DNA from: an uncultured Acidobacteriota bacterium
GTDB lineage: Bacteria > Acidobacteriota > Thermoanaerobaculia > Multivoradales > UBA5704
Assembly (NCBI GenBank): GCA_963761645.1
Contig: CAVXIG010000039.1
Location: 2,495-66,494 of the forward strand
Direction: 5' to 3'
Length of the DNA stretch: 64,000 nucleotides
Below, piece by piece: positions 9,814 to 20,153 of this stretch (positions are counted from its first letter, which is position 1; every line of letters starts with the position of its first letter). The position numbers were made by a program, and so were the translations under genes. The notes beneath the pieces are model-generated. The model was not told the DNA's origin. It saw only the letters and a program-made list of their open reading frames with translations, and made no database searches.

Positions 9814-11718
9814 ATGGCCCACCTCCCCTCACACAAGCACGGGACTCGCGACCTCCTCGGCCTCTCTCTGGGCGCCCTGGGGATCGTCTATGGCGACATC
9901 GGCACGAGCCCCCTCTACTCGATGCGCGAGTGCTTCCACGGCGAGCACTCGGTCGACCCCACCCACGACAACGTGCTCGGGGTGCTGTCGCTGGTCTTCT
10001 GGGTGCTCATCGTCACCATCTCGATCAAGTACCTGATCTTCGTCATGCGCGCCGACAACCGGGGCGAGGGGGGGATCCTGGCGCTGATGGCGCTGATCCC
10101 GAAGAAGCTCCGGCGGGTCGGTCCGGAGGGGCACTGGGTGCTGGTGGCGCTCGGCATCTTCGGCGCCGCCCTGCTCTATGGCGACGGCATGATCACGCCG
10201 GCCATCTCGGTGCTCTCGGCGGTCGAGGGGCTCTCGGTGGCGACGCCGTTCTTCAACCCCTACGTGGTGCCGATCACGATCGTCATCCTGTTCGTCCTGT
10301 TCGTGATCCAGCGGCGCGGCACGGCCGGCATCGGCGCTCTCTTCGGCCCGGTGATGATCCTCTGGTTCCTGGTGCTGGCGGTGCTCGGCGTCCTCTGGAC
10401 CCTGCGCTACCCCGCGGTGCTCGGCGCGGTCAATCCGTGGCACGCGGTGGCGTTCTTCGCGGAGAACCGGTGGCGCGGCTTCCTGGTCCTCGGCTCGGTC
10501 TTCCTGGTGGTCACCGGCGGCGAGGCCCTCTACGCGGACATGGGGCACTTCGGGCGGCGGCCGATCCGGCTGGCCTGGTTCACCGTGGTGCTCCCCTGCC
10601 TGCTGCTCAACTACTTCGGCCAGGGCGCGATGCTGCTGACCCACCCCGACGCCGCCAAGAACCCGTTCTTCGAGATGCTGGCCCGGCTCGGCCCTTCCTG
10701 GCTTCTCTACCCGATGGTCGTGCTGGCGACCGTCGCCACCGTCATCGCCTCGCAGGCGGTGATCTCCGGCGCCTTCTCGCTCACCCGGCAGGCGGTGCAG
10801 CTCGGCTACATCCCGCGGATCGCGATCGTCCACACCTCGAAGAAGGAGATCGGCCAGATCTACATCCCGTCGGTCAACTGGCTGCTGATGCTCGCCACCT
10901 TCGCCCTGGTGTTCGGGTTCCAGAAGTCGACCAACCTGGCGGCGGCCTACGGCGTGGCGGTCACCGCCACGATGGTGATCACCACCATCCTCGCCTATGT
11001 CGTCGAACGCCAGGTCTGGGGGTGGCCGCGGTGGCTGGCCGTTCCCCTGACCGCGTTCTTCCTGCTGATCGACAGCTCGTTCTTCGGCGCCAACATCATC
11101 AAGGTGGAGGAAGGCGGCTGGTTCCCGCTGCTGGTCGGTATCGCGGTCTACACGCTGATGGCGACCTGGAAGAAGGGGCGCCAGATCCTCTCCGAGCGGC
11201 TGCGCGAGGAATCCCTGCCGATCGAGAGCTTCGTGGCGCAGGTCAAGCCGGACTCGCCGCACCGGGTCCCCGGCACGGCCGTTTTCCTCGCCCGCGATCC
11301 CAACGGCACGCCGTCCTCGCTGCTCCACAACCTCAAGCACAACAAGGTGCTGCACTCCAAGGTGGTGATCCTGACCCTGGTCACCGAGGAGGTCCCCGCG
11401 GTGGAGCACGAGGAGCAGCTCGAGATCCAGCCGCTGGGCAAGGAGTTCTACCGGGTCCTCGCGCATCACGGTTTCATGCAGACCCCGGAGGTTCCGGACG
11501 TCCTGGCCCTGATGCGGGAGAAGGGGCTCGACCTCAACCTGATGTCGACCACGTTCTTCCTCAGCCGCGAGACCCTGATCCCCAGCAAGGCTCCCGGAAT
11601 GGCCCTCTGGCGTGAGAAACTGTTCACCGTCATGGTCCGCAACGCCCAACGCCCGACCGATTTCTTCCGGATCCCCGCCAACCGCGTGGTCGAGCTGGGG
11701 CTGCAGGTGCGGCTGTAA
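9814..11718 (+). CDS. kup: KUP/HAK/KT potassium uptake transporter, copy 1
   Basis: Intact 634-aa ORF. N-terminal signature [17 protein letters not shown], multiple TM segments, cytoplasmic C-terminal domain (VPGTAVFL...[10 protein letters not shown]...FFLSRETL). Confidence 0.9.
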   Translation: MAHLPSHKHGTRDLLGLSLGALGIVYGDIGTSPLYSMRECFHGEHSVDPTHDNVLGVLSLVFWVLIVTISIKYLIFVMRADNRGEGGILALMALIPKKLRRVGPEGHWVLVALGIFGAALLYGDGMITPAISVLSAVEGLSVATPFFNPYVVPITIVILFVLFVIQRRGTAGIGALFGPVMILWFLVLAVLGVLWTLRYPAVLGAVNPWHAVAFFAENRWRGFLVLGSVFLVVTGGEALYADMGHFGRRPIRLAWFTVVLPCLLLNYFGQGAMLLTHPDAAKNPFFEMLARLGPSWLLYPMVVLATVATVIASQAVISGAFSLTRQAVQLGYIPRIAIVHTSKKEIGQIYIPSVNWLLMLATFALVFGFQKSTNLAAAYGVAVTATMVITTILAYVVERQVWGWPRWLAVPLTAFFLLIDSSFFGANIIKVEEGGWFPLLVGIAVYTLMATWKKGRQILSERLREESLPIESFVAQVKPDSPHRVPGTAVFLARDPNGTPSSLLHNLKHNKVLHSKVVILTLVTEEVPAVEHEEQLEIQPLGKEFYRVLAHHGFMQTPEVPDVLALMREKGLDLNLMSTTFFLSRETLIPSKAPGMALWREKLFTVMVRNAQRPTDFFRIPANRVVELGLQVRL

Positions 11719-11819
11719 ACCCTCCTCTCGCCGGGGGGGACTCCCCGAAGCCGGCTCACCAGGGCCATCACAAGCAGGGCAAGGGTTACCTCTTCGCCCT
11801 CTCGCTCGGCGCCCTGGGG

Positions 11820-13652
11820 GTGGTCTACGGCGACATCGGCACCAGCCCCCTCTACGCGCTGCGCGAGTGCTTCCACGGCGAGCACGGCATCGCTCCCAGC
11901 CACGACAACGTGCTGGGCGTGCTGTCGCTGGTGTTCTGGGCGCTGATCATCATCATCTCGATCAAGTACCTGGTCTTCGTCATGCGCGCCGACAACCGGG
12001 GCGAGGGGGGGATCCTGGCGCTGACCTCGCTGGTGCCCCACGATCTGCGCGAGCACGGGCTCGAGCGGCGGTGGCTGCTGACGGCGCTGAGCCTGTTCGG
12101 CGCCGCCCTGCTCTACGGCGACGGCATGATCACCCCGGCGATCTCGGTGCTCTCGGCGGTCGAGGGCCTGGAGACGGCGACGCCGTTCTTCAACCCCTAC
12201 GTGGTGCCGATCACGCTGGTCATCCTGTTCGCCCTGTTCCTCATCCAGCAGCGCGGCACGGCGGGGATCGGCAAGCTCTTCGGGCCGGTGATGATCCTCT
12301 GGTTCGTCACCATCGGCGTCCTCGGCGTCTTCTGGATTCTCCGCGTCCCCTCCGTCCTCGCGGCGGTCAACCCCTGGCACGCGGTGCGGTTCTTCCTGGT
12401 CAACCGGGGGCACGGCTTCCTGGTGCTCGGCTCGGTCTTCCTGGTGGTCACCGGCGGCGAGTCGCTGTACGCGGACATGGGCCATTTCGGCCGCCGCCCG
12501 ATCCGGATCGCCTGGTTCGCCCTGGTGCTCCCCTCCCTGCTGCTCTGCTACTTCGGCCAGGGCGCCCTGCTGGTGACCCATCAGGACGCCGCCGCGCAGC
12601 CGTTCTACGAGATGGTGCGGCGGCTCGCCCCGGTGCTGCTCTACCCGATGGTCGTGCTCAGCACCGCGGCGGCGATCATCGCCTCGCAGGCGGTGATCTC
12701 GGGGGCCTTCTCGCTGACCCGCCAGGCGGTGCAGCTCGGCTTCATCCCGCGCATCGCGATCGTCCACACCTCGAACGAGGAGATCGGCCAGATCTACATC
12801 CCGTCGATCAACTGGCTGCTCATGCTCGCCACCTTCGGGCTGGTGCTCGGGTTCCAGAAGTCGACCAACCTCGCGGCGGCCTATGGCGTGGCGGTGACCA
12901 ACGCGATGGTCATCACCACCCTGATCGGCTACGTGGTCGCCCGCCACCGCTGGAAGTGGAGCCGGCTCGCGGTGGCGCCGGTGGCGATCACCTTCCTGCT
13001 CATCGACAGCTCGTTCTTCGCCTCGAACATCATCAAGGTCCCCGACGGCGGCTGGTTCCCGCTGCTGGTGGGGGTCTTCGTCTACACCCTGATGTCGACC
13101 TGGAAGCGCGGCCGGCAGATCCTGGCGCAGCGGCTGGCCCAGGAGTCCCTGCCGCTCGACAAGTTCGTGGAGAACGTCCGGCCGGACTCGCCGATCCGCG
13201 TGCCGGGCACGGCGATCTTCCTCTCCCGCGATCCCGCCGGCGTGCCTACCGCCCTGCTGCACAACCTCAAGCACAACAAGGTTCTGCACTCGCGGGTGAT
13301 GGTGCTGACGATGGTCACCGAGGAGGTGCCGGCGGTGCCGGCCGAGGAACGGCTCGAGATCCAGCCGCTCGGCAAGGAGTTCTACCGCGTGATCACCCAC
13401 TACGGGTTCATGCAGAACCCGGGGGTGCCGGAGGTGCTGGAGCTGCTGAAGGAGAAGGGGATCGCGCTCGACGAGATGTCGACCACCTTCTTCCTCAGCC
13501 GCGAGACCCTGATCGCCAGCAAGGTGCCGGGCATGGCGATCTGGCGCGAGAAGCTGTTCGCCCTGATGGTCCGCAACGCCCAGCGCCCGACCGACTTCTT
13601 CCGCATCCCCGTCAACCGGGTGGTCGAGCTGGGGATGCAGGTGCGGTTGTAA
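11820..13652 (+). CDS. kup: KUP/HAK/KT potassium uptake transporter, copy 2 (tandem paralog)
   Basis: Intact 610-aa ORF colinear with copy 1. In-frame homology (AHQGHHKQGKGYLFALSLGALG) continues upstream of the GTG at 11820 to about 11751 without an obvious start codon. Confidence 0.85.
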   Translation: MVYGDIGTSPLYALRECFHGEHGIAPSHDNVLGVLSLVFWALIIIISIKYLVFVMRADNRGEGGILALTSLVPHDLREHGLERRWLLTALSLFGAALLYGDGMITPAISVLSAVEGLETATPFFNPYVVPITLVILFALFLIQQRGTAGIGKLFGPVMILWFVTIGVLGVFWILRVPSVLAAVNPWHAVRFFLVNRGHGFLVLGSVFLVVTGGESLYADMGHFGRRPIRIAWFALVLPSLLLCYFGQGALLVTHQDAAAQPFYEMVRRLAPVLLYPMVVLSTAAAIIASQAVISGAFSLTRQAVQLGFIPRIAIVHTSNEEIGQIYIPSINWLLMLATFGLVLGFQKSTNLAAAYGVAVTNAMVITTLIGYVVARHRWKWSRLAVAPVAITFLLIDSSFFASNIIKVPDGGWFPLLVGVFVYTLMSTWKRGRQILAQRLAQESLPLDKFVENVRPDSPIRVPGTAIFLSRDPAGVPTALLHNLKHNKVLHSRVMVLTMVTEEVPAVPAEERLEIQPLGKEFYRVITHYGFMQNPGVPEVLELLKEKGIALDEMSTTFFLSRETLIASKVPGMAIWREKLFALMVRNAQRPTDFFRIPVNRVVELGMQVRL

Positions 13653-13658
13653 AACCCC

Positions 13659-15210
13659 TCAGTGCACCTCCCCCATCAGCCGCTTGAGCGGGCGGATCAG
13701 GACGACGGCGATCAGGGTGAAGAGCATGCAGACCCCGAAGACGGCGCCGAAGATCTGCGGCAGGGGGAACTTCTCGAACACGCCCGCCACCCGGCCGCCG
13801 ATGAAGTTGCCGAGAGCCGAGGCGAGGAACCAGACCCCCATCATCTGGCTCACCACCCGGGCCGGCGCCAGCTTGGTCATCGTCGAGAGGCCCACCGGGC
13901 TCAGGCAGAGCTCGCCGATGGTGTGCAGCAGGTAGACGGTGAGCAGCCACATCGGCGTCACCTTGCCGCCGGCGGTTCCGGAGGCCAGGGCGGCGCCCAC
14001 CATCACCAGGAAGCCGGCCCCCACGAAGAACAGGCCGTAGGCGAACTTGGTCGGGCTCGACGGCTCGCGGCGGCGCCGGCCGAGAGCGATCCAGAGCCAG
14101 GCGAAAACCGGCGCCAGCATCCAGAGGAAGGCCGAGTTGACCGACTGGAACCAGGCGGGGGGGTACTGGAAGCCGAGGATCGTGTCGCGGGTGAAGCGGT
14201 CGGCGAACAGGTTGAGGGTCGATCCCGCCTGCTCGAAGGCGGACCAGAACAGGGAGGCGAAAAGGAAGAACGCCAGGATCGCCCACAGGTGCTTGCGCTC
14301 CTCGGGCTCCCACTTCTGATTGAACAGATAGACGAAGTAGAGGATGGGGACGAGCGGCAGCAGGTAGCTCATCACGTCGGTGACGGCGAACGGCTGCACC
14401 CAGAGGATGACGGCGAGCAGCGCGACGGCGGCGGCGCCGATCAGGAGGTTGCGGCGGTCGCGGACGCGGGCCGCGGCGTCGGTGGAGGGAGCGAGGCCCG
14501 GTGGTGCCCAGACGCCGCCCGCCGAGGACGTACTGGATGACGCCCAGCGTCATGCCCACCGCCGCGGCGCCGAAGCCCCAGTGCCAGCAACTGTTCGGAT
14601 CGATCCCATGCCCCTGGAGGAAGGCGCGGAACTGGACGCTCTGGGCGAGGAAGCCGCAGACCAGGGGCGCGGCGAAGGCGCCGATGTTGATGCCCATGTA
14701 GAAGAGCGAGAAGCCGGCGTCGCGCCGCGTGTCCTCGGGGCTGTAGAGGCCGCCGACCATGGTGCTGATGTTCGGCTTGAGCAGGCCGGTGCCGCAGACG
14801 ATCAGGAACAGCCCCAGAAAGAAGAAGGGTGTGCCGCGGACGGTCAGGCTCACGTGCCCGAGGGCGATCACGATGCCGCCGATCAGCACGCTGCGCCGCT
14901 GGCCGATGAGCCGGTCGGCGATCCAGCCGCCCGGCAGCGCCGTCAGGTAGACCAGCGAGGTGTAGAGGCCGTAGATCGGCCCCGCCTTCGCCGTACCCCA
15001 CCCCAGCCCGCCCACGGCCGCCGGGGCGGTCATGAAGAGGAGGAGGATGGCGCGCATGCCGTAGAAGCTGAACCGCTCCCACATCTCGGTGAAGAAGAGG
15101 GTCGAGAGGCCCCGAGGGTGTCCGAAAAACCCTCCCAGCTCGGGGACGACGTTGCCGGCGTGCGTGCCGGTCGCCGGATTGGCGATTTCCAGATCAGGGG
15201 TCTTGACCAT
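13659..15210 (-). CDS. POT/PTR2 family di-/tripeptide:proton symporter; frame broken once
   Basis: POT motif [23 protein letters not shown]-part in ORF 13612..15219, C-part in ORF 13659..14399, joined near 14510 ([21 protein letters not shown] bridges them). ATG 15210 is preceded by AGGTGG. Confidence 0.85.
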
Positions 15211-15612
15211 GAGCACCACCTAAAAAAGGGTTGATCTTGCCTGTCTTCGATTCGAGAATCGCGAGCTTACCGCACCCGGGCGCAGCAAGCCCAGTGCCAC
15301 CGGATCCCGCCGGGGCGCTTCCGCCCACCCGTCTTTTTCTGAGGACGAACCCGTACGCGGAACCGTTCACTCCAGAGGTCGATCGCGGGGCGGAAATCCC
15401 TGCTCTTCCTATGGAGAGCGGCATGGCACTCCCTTTGCGATATCCCCTTGGCGGTTACGAGCTTTACCCATCTGACCCGCGGCAGCACACCGCCGCGCGG
15501 CACCCCGGGGGAAGTCGGGCGCCCCCGCCCGGCTTCCCTCCCCTCCTCTTCTCCATCTAGCGCGGCGTAGAATCGCGGGCCTGTCCGCCGCAGAACTCCG
15601 AAGGAGATCGCC

Positions 15613-16726
15613 ATGGCCTCACCCGATCCGCTCTCTCCGCTGCGCGACTCGATCGCCGAAGTGGACCGCGCCCTGCTCGAGCTGCTGCGCCGCCGCATGG
15701 ACCTCGCCGCCGAGGTGGGCCGCGTCAAGGCCGCCGCCGACCTGCCCGTGGTGGTGCGCGACGTCGAGGACCGGGTGCTCGGCCGCGCCCGCCAGCACGC
15801 CGAGGCCTGCGGGGTCTCGGAGGAGGTGATGGCGGAGGTCTTCCAGGGGATCATCCGCGGCTCGGTCGAGCGGCAGTACCGGGTGGGGATCTCGCTGCGC
15901 GAGCAGCGCGGCGAGCGGGTGCTGATCGTCGGCGGCGCCGGCGGCATGGGCGGCTGGTTCCGCGGCTTCCTCGAGCTCGCCGGGCACAGCGTGGACCTCA
16001 CCGACCCCACGCTCGGCACCCTCCCCCGCGCGCCGGGGCGCTTCGCGTCCCTGAGCGAGGTGGCGGACCTCGACGCCTACGCCGCCATCCTGGTCTCGGT
16101 GCCGCTCGGCCGCACCGCGCAGGTGCTGGCGGAGGTGGTCGGCGCGGGAGCCGCGCGGGCTGGTGGTGGAGATCGCCTCGATCAAGGACCCGCTCTCGCC
16201 GGCCCTGGCGCGGGCCCGCGAGCGCGGGGTGCGGGCGTTCGCCCTCCATCCGATGTTCGGACCCAGCAAGTCGCTCTACGAGCCGCTGACCTTCGTGCTC
16301 GCCGCCCAGGGGGACCCGGCCGCCGAGAAGAAGGAGCTGGCGCCGCTGCTGACGCACCCCTACACCAAGCTGGTGGCGGTCCCCTTCCCCCATCACGACC
16401 GCCTGATGGGCTGGCTCCTGGGGCTCGCCCACCTCTCGAACATCCTGTTCGGAGCCGCCATCGCCCAATCGGGGGTGGAGGCGGACGAGCTCCACGCCTG
16501 CGCCTCGACGACGTTCACCCGGCAGGCGACGACCGCGGGGTTCGTGCTCTCGGAGAATCCGGACCTCTACCTCGACATCCAGAATCTCAACCCGCACCGG
16601 CACGAGGTCTACGCCGCGACCCGCGAGGCGCTCGGCCAGATCGAGCGGCAGGTCGAGGAGCGCGACCGCGAGGGGTTCCGGCAGACCTTCGACGCCGCCC
16701 TGCGGGCGCTGACGCGGGAGCGGTAG
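15613..16726 (+). CDS. tyrA: bifunctional chorismate mutase / prephenate dehydrogenase; frame broken once
   Basis: Chorismate mutase helix LRDSIAEVDRALLELLRRRMDLAAEVGRVK, Rossmann IVGGAGGMGGWF, dehydrogenase part IASIKDP...HPMFGP. ORFs 15613.. and 16163..16726 join near 16150. Confidence 0.8.
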
Positions 16727-16746
16727 GAGGGGGAGGGGAAAAAAGG

Positions 16747-16818
16747 CACACGGACGAGCACAGACAAACACGGACGAACACGGACAAACAAAGGTTGAGT
16801 GTCCGTGCTCGTCCGTGT
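16747..16818. terminator. long imperfect hairpin between convergent genes (possible bidirectional terminator / palindromic element)
   Basis: ACACGGACGAGCAC (16748-16761) pairs with GTGCTCGTCCGTGT (about 16805-16818). The loop carries further ACACGGAC direct repeats. Confidence 0.5.
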
Positions 16819-16825
16819 TGCCCTT

Positions 16826-17143
16826 CTAGCCTTTCTTGGCGGCCTTCTTGGCGCTGCTCTTCGCCGGCGCGCTCTTCTTCGCGCTCGCCGCCTTCTTGGC
16901 GGGCTTGGCCGGCTTCTTCTCGGCCTTCGCCTCGCCGGAGGCGGCGGTCTTGGCGGCCGGCGCGTTCTTCTTGCGGACCACCGCGGCGAGCCCCGCCGCG
17001 GCGGCGGCTACGCCGGCGACCGCGGCCGCGGCCGACGCGAGGACGGTCTTGCGGCTCGCGGCCGGCTTCTTGGCGGCCGGCTTGGCTGCTGCGGGCGGGG
17101 CCGGCGGAGCGGTCTTATCGGTCGGCTTCTTGCTTGACGCCAT
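16826..17143 (-). CDS. Lys/Ala/Pro-rich histone H1-like basic protein with central Ala-rich hydrophobic segment
   Basis: MASSKKPTDKTAPPAPPAAAKPAAKKPAASRK - VLASAAAAVAGVAAAAAGLAAVV - RKKNAPAAK...KKPAKPAKKAASAKKSAPAKSSAKKAAKKG. ATG at 17143 inside ORF 16826..17215. Confidence 0.6.
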   Translation of the reverse strand: MASSKKPTDKTAPPAPPAAAKPAAKKPAASRKTVLASAAAAVAGVAAAAAGLAAVVRKKNAPAAKTAASGEAKAEKKPAKPAKKAASAKKSAPAKSSAKKAAKKG

Positions 17144-17222
17144 GGAAAGCTCCTTTCTGGAGAGCCAAACGACAACATTTCCTGCTGCCCCCGGCTTACA
17201 GCAAGAAACGTGCACACGGGCT

Positions 17223-18345
17223 TCAGCAGCCGAGCGCCTGGGCGAGATCCTCGATCAGGTCATCCGGGTGCTCGAGGCCGATCGAGACGCGGATCAGCTC
17301 CGGCGGCGTGCGCGAGCCGGGCCCCTCGCTGGTGGCGCGGTGCTCGATCAGGCTCTCGACGCCGCCGAGCGAGGTGGCGCGGGTGAACAGGCGGGCGCGG
17401 CCCACCGCCGCGAGGGCCGCCTCCCGCCCCCCCGCCACCCGGAAGGAGAGCATGGCGCCGAAGCCCGACATCTGGCGCCGGGCGATCTCGTGCCCGGGAT
17501 GGGAAGGGAGCCCGGGATAGTGCACGGCGGAGACGGCCGGGAGGGCCTCCAGGGCGCGGGCGACGGCGAGCGCTCCCGCGCTCTGGGCCGCCATCCGGCA
17601 GGCGAGGGTGCGCACGCCGCGCAGCACCAGCCAGTCGTTGAACGGCGAGGCGACCGCCCCCAGGATGTGGCGCAGGTGGCCGACCCGCTCCCAGAGCGGA
17701 TCGCGGCGGGCGAAGACGAGGGCGCCCCCCTGGACGTCGCTGTGGCCGCCGAGGTACTTGGTGGTCGAGTGGAGGACGACGTCGGCCCCGTGCTCGATCG
17801 GCCGCTGGAGCACGGGGGTGGCGAAGGTGTTGTCCACCGCCACCAGGGCGCCCGGCCTGGCGGGCGAGGGCGGCGGCGCCCGCCAGATCGACCACGTTGA
17901 GCAGGGGGTTGGACGGCGTCTCCAGCCAGACCAGCCGGGTCTCCGGACGGATCGCCGCCGCGAGGGCCGCGAGGTCCCCCATGGCCACGAAGTCCGACCG
18001 GATCCCCCAGTTGGGGAGGACCTCCCCGGCGGCGGCGCGGAAGCCGTAGTAGACGTCGTCCGGAAACAGGACGTGGGAGCCCGGCGGCAGGGCCTGGAGC
18101 AGGGCGATCCCGGCCGCCATCCCGGAGGCGAAGACGAGCGCCGCCTCCCCCCCCTCGAGAGGGAAGAGGGCCTCCTCGAGCTGCTCCTGGGCGGGGTTCG
18201 ACTCGCGAATGTAGGTGTGGCCGCCGATCGGGACGCTCTCCGGATCGCGGGCGAAGGTGGTGGAGAGATAGATCGGCGGAGCCACCGAACCGGTCGCGGG
18301 ATCGATCCGGTGGCCAGCGTGGACCGCGCGGGTCTCGAAGCGCAT
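17223..18345 (-). CDS. PLP-dependent Cys/Met metabolism enzyme (cystathionine gamma-synthase / gamma-lyase / beta-lyase family); frame broken once
   Basis: MRFETRAVHAG..., PLP-Lys region VLHSTTKYLGGHSD, C-terminal IRVSIGLEHPDDLIEDL. ORF 17260..18588 (N-part from ATG 18345) and ORF 17223..17843 join near 17855. Confidence 0.85.
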
Positions 18346-20036
18346 CAACGGCTCTTCTGCGCGCAGCTCCGGAGGGCGTCTCCCTGGCCGCCCGAAAGGG
18401 CACCCGCCTTGCCCAGGCTCTCGGCGAGGCGGCCGACACAGCCCACGAACGCGTCGTGGCCGTTCGCGTCGACCTTGCAGTCGGCGATCCGGTCGGAGAT
18501 CCGGCAGCCGTCGGAGAACACCGTGTTGTCGACGCCCGAGTCGCAGCCGTCGATGATCACGGTCGGGTTGCTCGACGAGCCGATGCACAGATCGACGCCG
18601 TCCGCCACGCCGTCCTTGTCGGAGAACCAGCCGATGTCGGTCAACTGCTGGCGGGTCAGATCGGGGTCGTGCGTGAGGTCGCCGTTGATCGACGGCTCCA
18701 TCAGCAGGTTGGGGAAGGCGACCGGGTCCCAGTGCGAGTACGACGAGCCGAGGGCGACCGGGTTGGGGGCGTAGAGGAGCACCCGTCCCTGGGCGTCGGC
18801 GCCGGCGCGGATGCGCGGGTTGACGCCGATCGTCGCCGTCGCCTTGCCGCGGGTCGCCTTGGCCCGCAGCTTGTTGCCGTCGGCCAGGCTGATCCGGACC
18901 GCGGGGATGGTGATGCTCGGATCGGTGCCGGAGATCCCGGGGGGCGGACTGCCGGCCACGTTGTCCGCGATGATCACGCCGATCGCGCCGGCGTCCTGGG
19001 CGTTCTTCACCTTGTCCACGAAGTTACAGACGCCGCGGTCGATCAGCGCGATCTTGCCGCGGAGGCTGGAGGAGATCGCCGAGCAGCCATCCGTCGCGGT
19101 CGATTCGCCGCCGGGGCCGTCCTCGTCCGCGTCCTTGGCCAGGAGGACGTTGCCCTTGACCCCCGGCGAGGTGAGAGGCGCGCCGAAGGTGGCGGTGCCG
19201 ACGGCGAAGCTGCCCAGGGAGGCCGGCACGTTGACCGTCACCAGCGGCGTGCCCGACTGCAGCACGTGCGGCGCGGCGGCGCTGACGTTCTTGCCGATCC
19301 AGACCACGTGGTTGGTGTCGACGGTGGCGGCCCGCCGCTGCGCGTCGCTCAGCTTGGGCCAGGCCTTCTTGAAGGTGGTGCTGTAGGTATAGGTGCCGTA
19401 GATGTCCGGAAAACCCTGGAGCTGGGCGCCGGTCGTCTTGTCATAGTAACCGGCGAAGCCCAGGCCGTGGGCGAACTCGTGGAGCAGCACCGTCACCAGG
19501 TCGATGTTGCTGCCGTGGTTGCCGTCCAGGCCGTAATACCAGCCGAGGCTCGGCAGGCAGCTCGCCTTCCCCAGGTCGCTGTTGAACACGGCGACGATGT
19601 CGTCCGCGTTGGTGTTGGTGGCGCCGGGGGACAGGTCGTCGCCCGCCATCTTGTTGGCGAGCGCCACCGGATACCAGGTGTTGCGGAGCTCGGCGTGCGG
19701 AAAGTTGCCGAAGAGCTGGATCGTCGACGCCGCGCCCAGCGTGCCGCTGGTCGCCGTGCAGGACAGGGACTGGAAGGCCGACTGGATGTTGATCGTCACC
19801 GGACTGTCCAGGATGGCTCCCCAGAGGTCGGCGGCATACTGGAAGGCGATGAGCCGCTGCTGGCCGACCGTGGTGCCGGAATTGCCGCCGACCGGCGTCG
19901 CCGGCGCGGGATCGTTGAAGCCGACGCCCGCCGCGTTGGTGTTGACGATGACGATCTCGGCGCCGGCGAAGGACGGGCCCGCGAGCAGCAGCGCGGCGAG
20001 AGCGAAGAGCTGGACGCTCCGGTACGATCTGGTCAT
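18345..20036 (-). CDS. secreted zinc metalloprotease (HExxH) with inserted PA domain and Cys-rich C-terminal domain, copy 1
   Basis: Signal peptide LFALAALLLAGPSFAGA, zinc motif LLHEFAHGLGF, PA domain GKIALIDRGVCNFVDKVKNAQDAGAIGVIIADN, C-terminal 8-Cys domain. Intact. ATG 20036 has GGAGGG upstream (ORF track start is 20042). Confidence 0.8.
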   Translation of the reverse strand: MTRSYRSVQLFALAALLLAGPSFAGAEIVIVNTNAAGVGFNDPAPATPVGGNSGTTVGQQRLIAFQYAADLWGAILDSPVTINIQSAFQSLSCTATSGTLGAASTIQLFGNFPHAELRNTWYPVALANKMAGDDLSPGATNTNADDIVAVFNSDLGKASCLPSLGWYYGLDGNHGSNIDLVTVLLHEFAHGLGFAGYYDKTTGAQLQGFPDIYGTYTYSTTFKKAWPKLSDAQRRAATVDTNHVVWIGKNVSAAAPHVLQSGTPLVTVNVPASLGSFAVGTATFGAPLTSPGVKGNVLLAKDADEDGPGGESTATDGCSAISSSLRGKIALIDRGVCNFVDKVKNAQDAGAIGVIIADNVAGSPPPGISGTDPSITIPAVRISLADGNKLRAKATRGKATATIGVNPRIRAGADAQGRVLLYAPNPVALGSSYSHWDPVAFPNLLMEPSINGDLTHDPDLTRQQLTDIGWFSDKDGVADGVDLCIGSSSNPTVIIDGCDSGVDNTVFSDGCRISDRIADCKVDANGHDAFVGCVGRLAESLGKAGALSGGQGDALRSCAQKSR

Positions 20037-20073
20037 GAACATCCCTCCGTGTTACGGGGTACCTTGAAAAACC

Positions 20074-20079
20074 ATTATA
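20074..20079 (-). promoter_or_regulatory. perfect TATAAT -10 box candidate for protease copy 1
   Basis: Minus strand reads ...CAGCGGTTATAATGGTTTTTCAAGG about 35 nt upstream of the start codon. No good -35 seen. Confidence 0.35.
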
Positions 20080-20093
20080 ACCGCTGGGGAATG

Positions 20094-20126
20094 AAAAAAG
20101 GGCCGGCGCTCGCGCACCGGCCCTTG
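20094..20126 (-). terminator. rho-independent terminator after protease copy 2
   Basis: Minus strand reads AAGGGCCGG-tgcgcgagcg-CCGGCCCTT followed by TTTTCATT. Confidence 0.75.
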
Positions 20127-20153
20127 GTAGCTACGTTGCTTGCGAGCGGTTGA

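Noticed and set aside
6860-13687. Very long alternate-frame and antisense ORFs (e.g. 6860..8359, 7060..8367, 9792..11615, 9829..11649, 11466..13400, 11612..13687)
   Set aside because: They overlap well-supported genes (acyltransferase, both kup). Their translations are Arg/Pro/Gly/Ala-rich low-complexity strings typical of stop-poor off-frames in GC-rich DNA.
16836-17900. 354-aa Ala/Gly-rich plus-strand ORF
   Set aside because: It is the antisense of the H1-like gene and of the PLP enzyme gene, and its translation is low-complexity.
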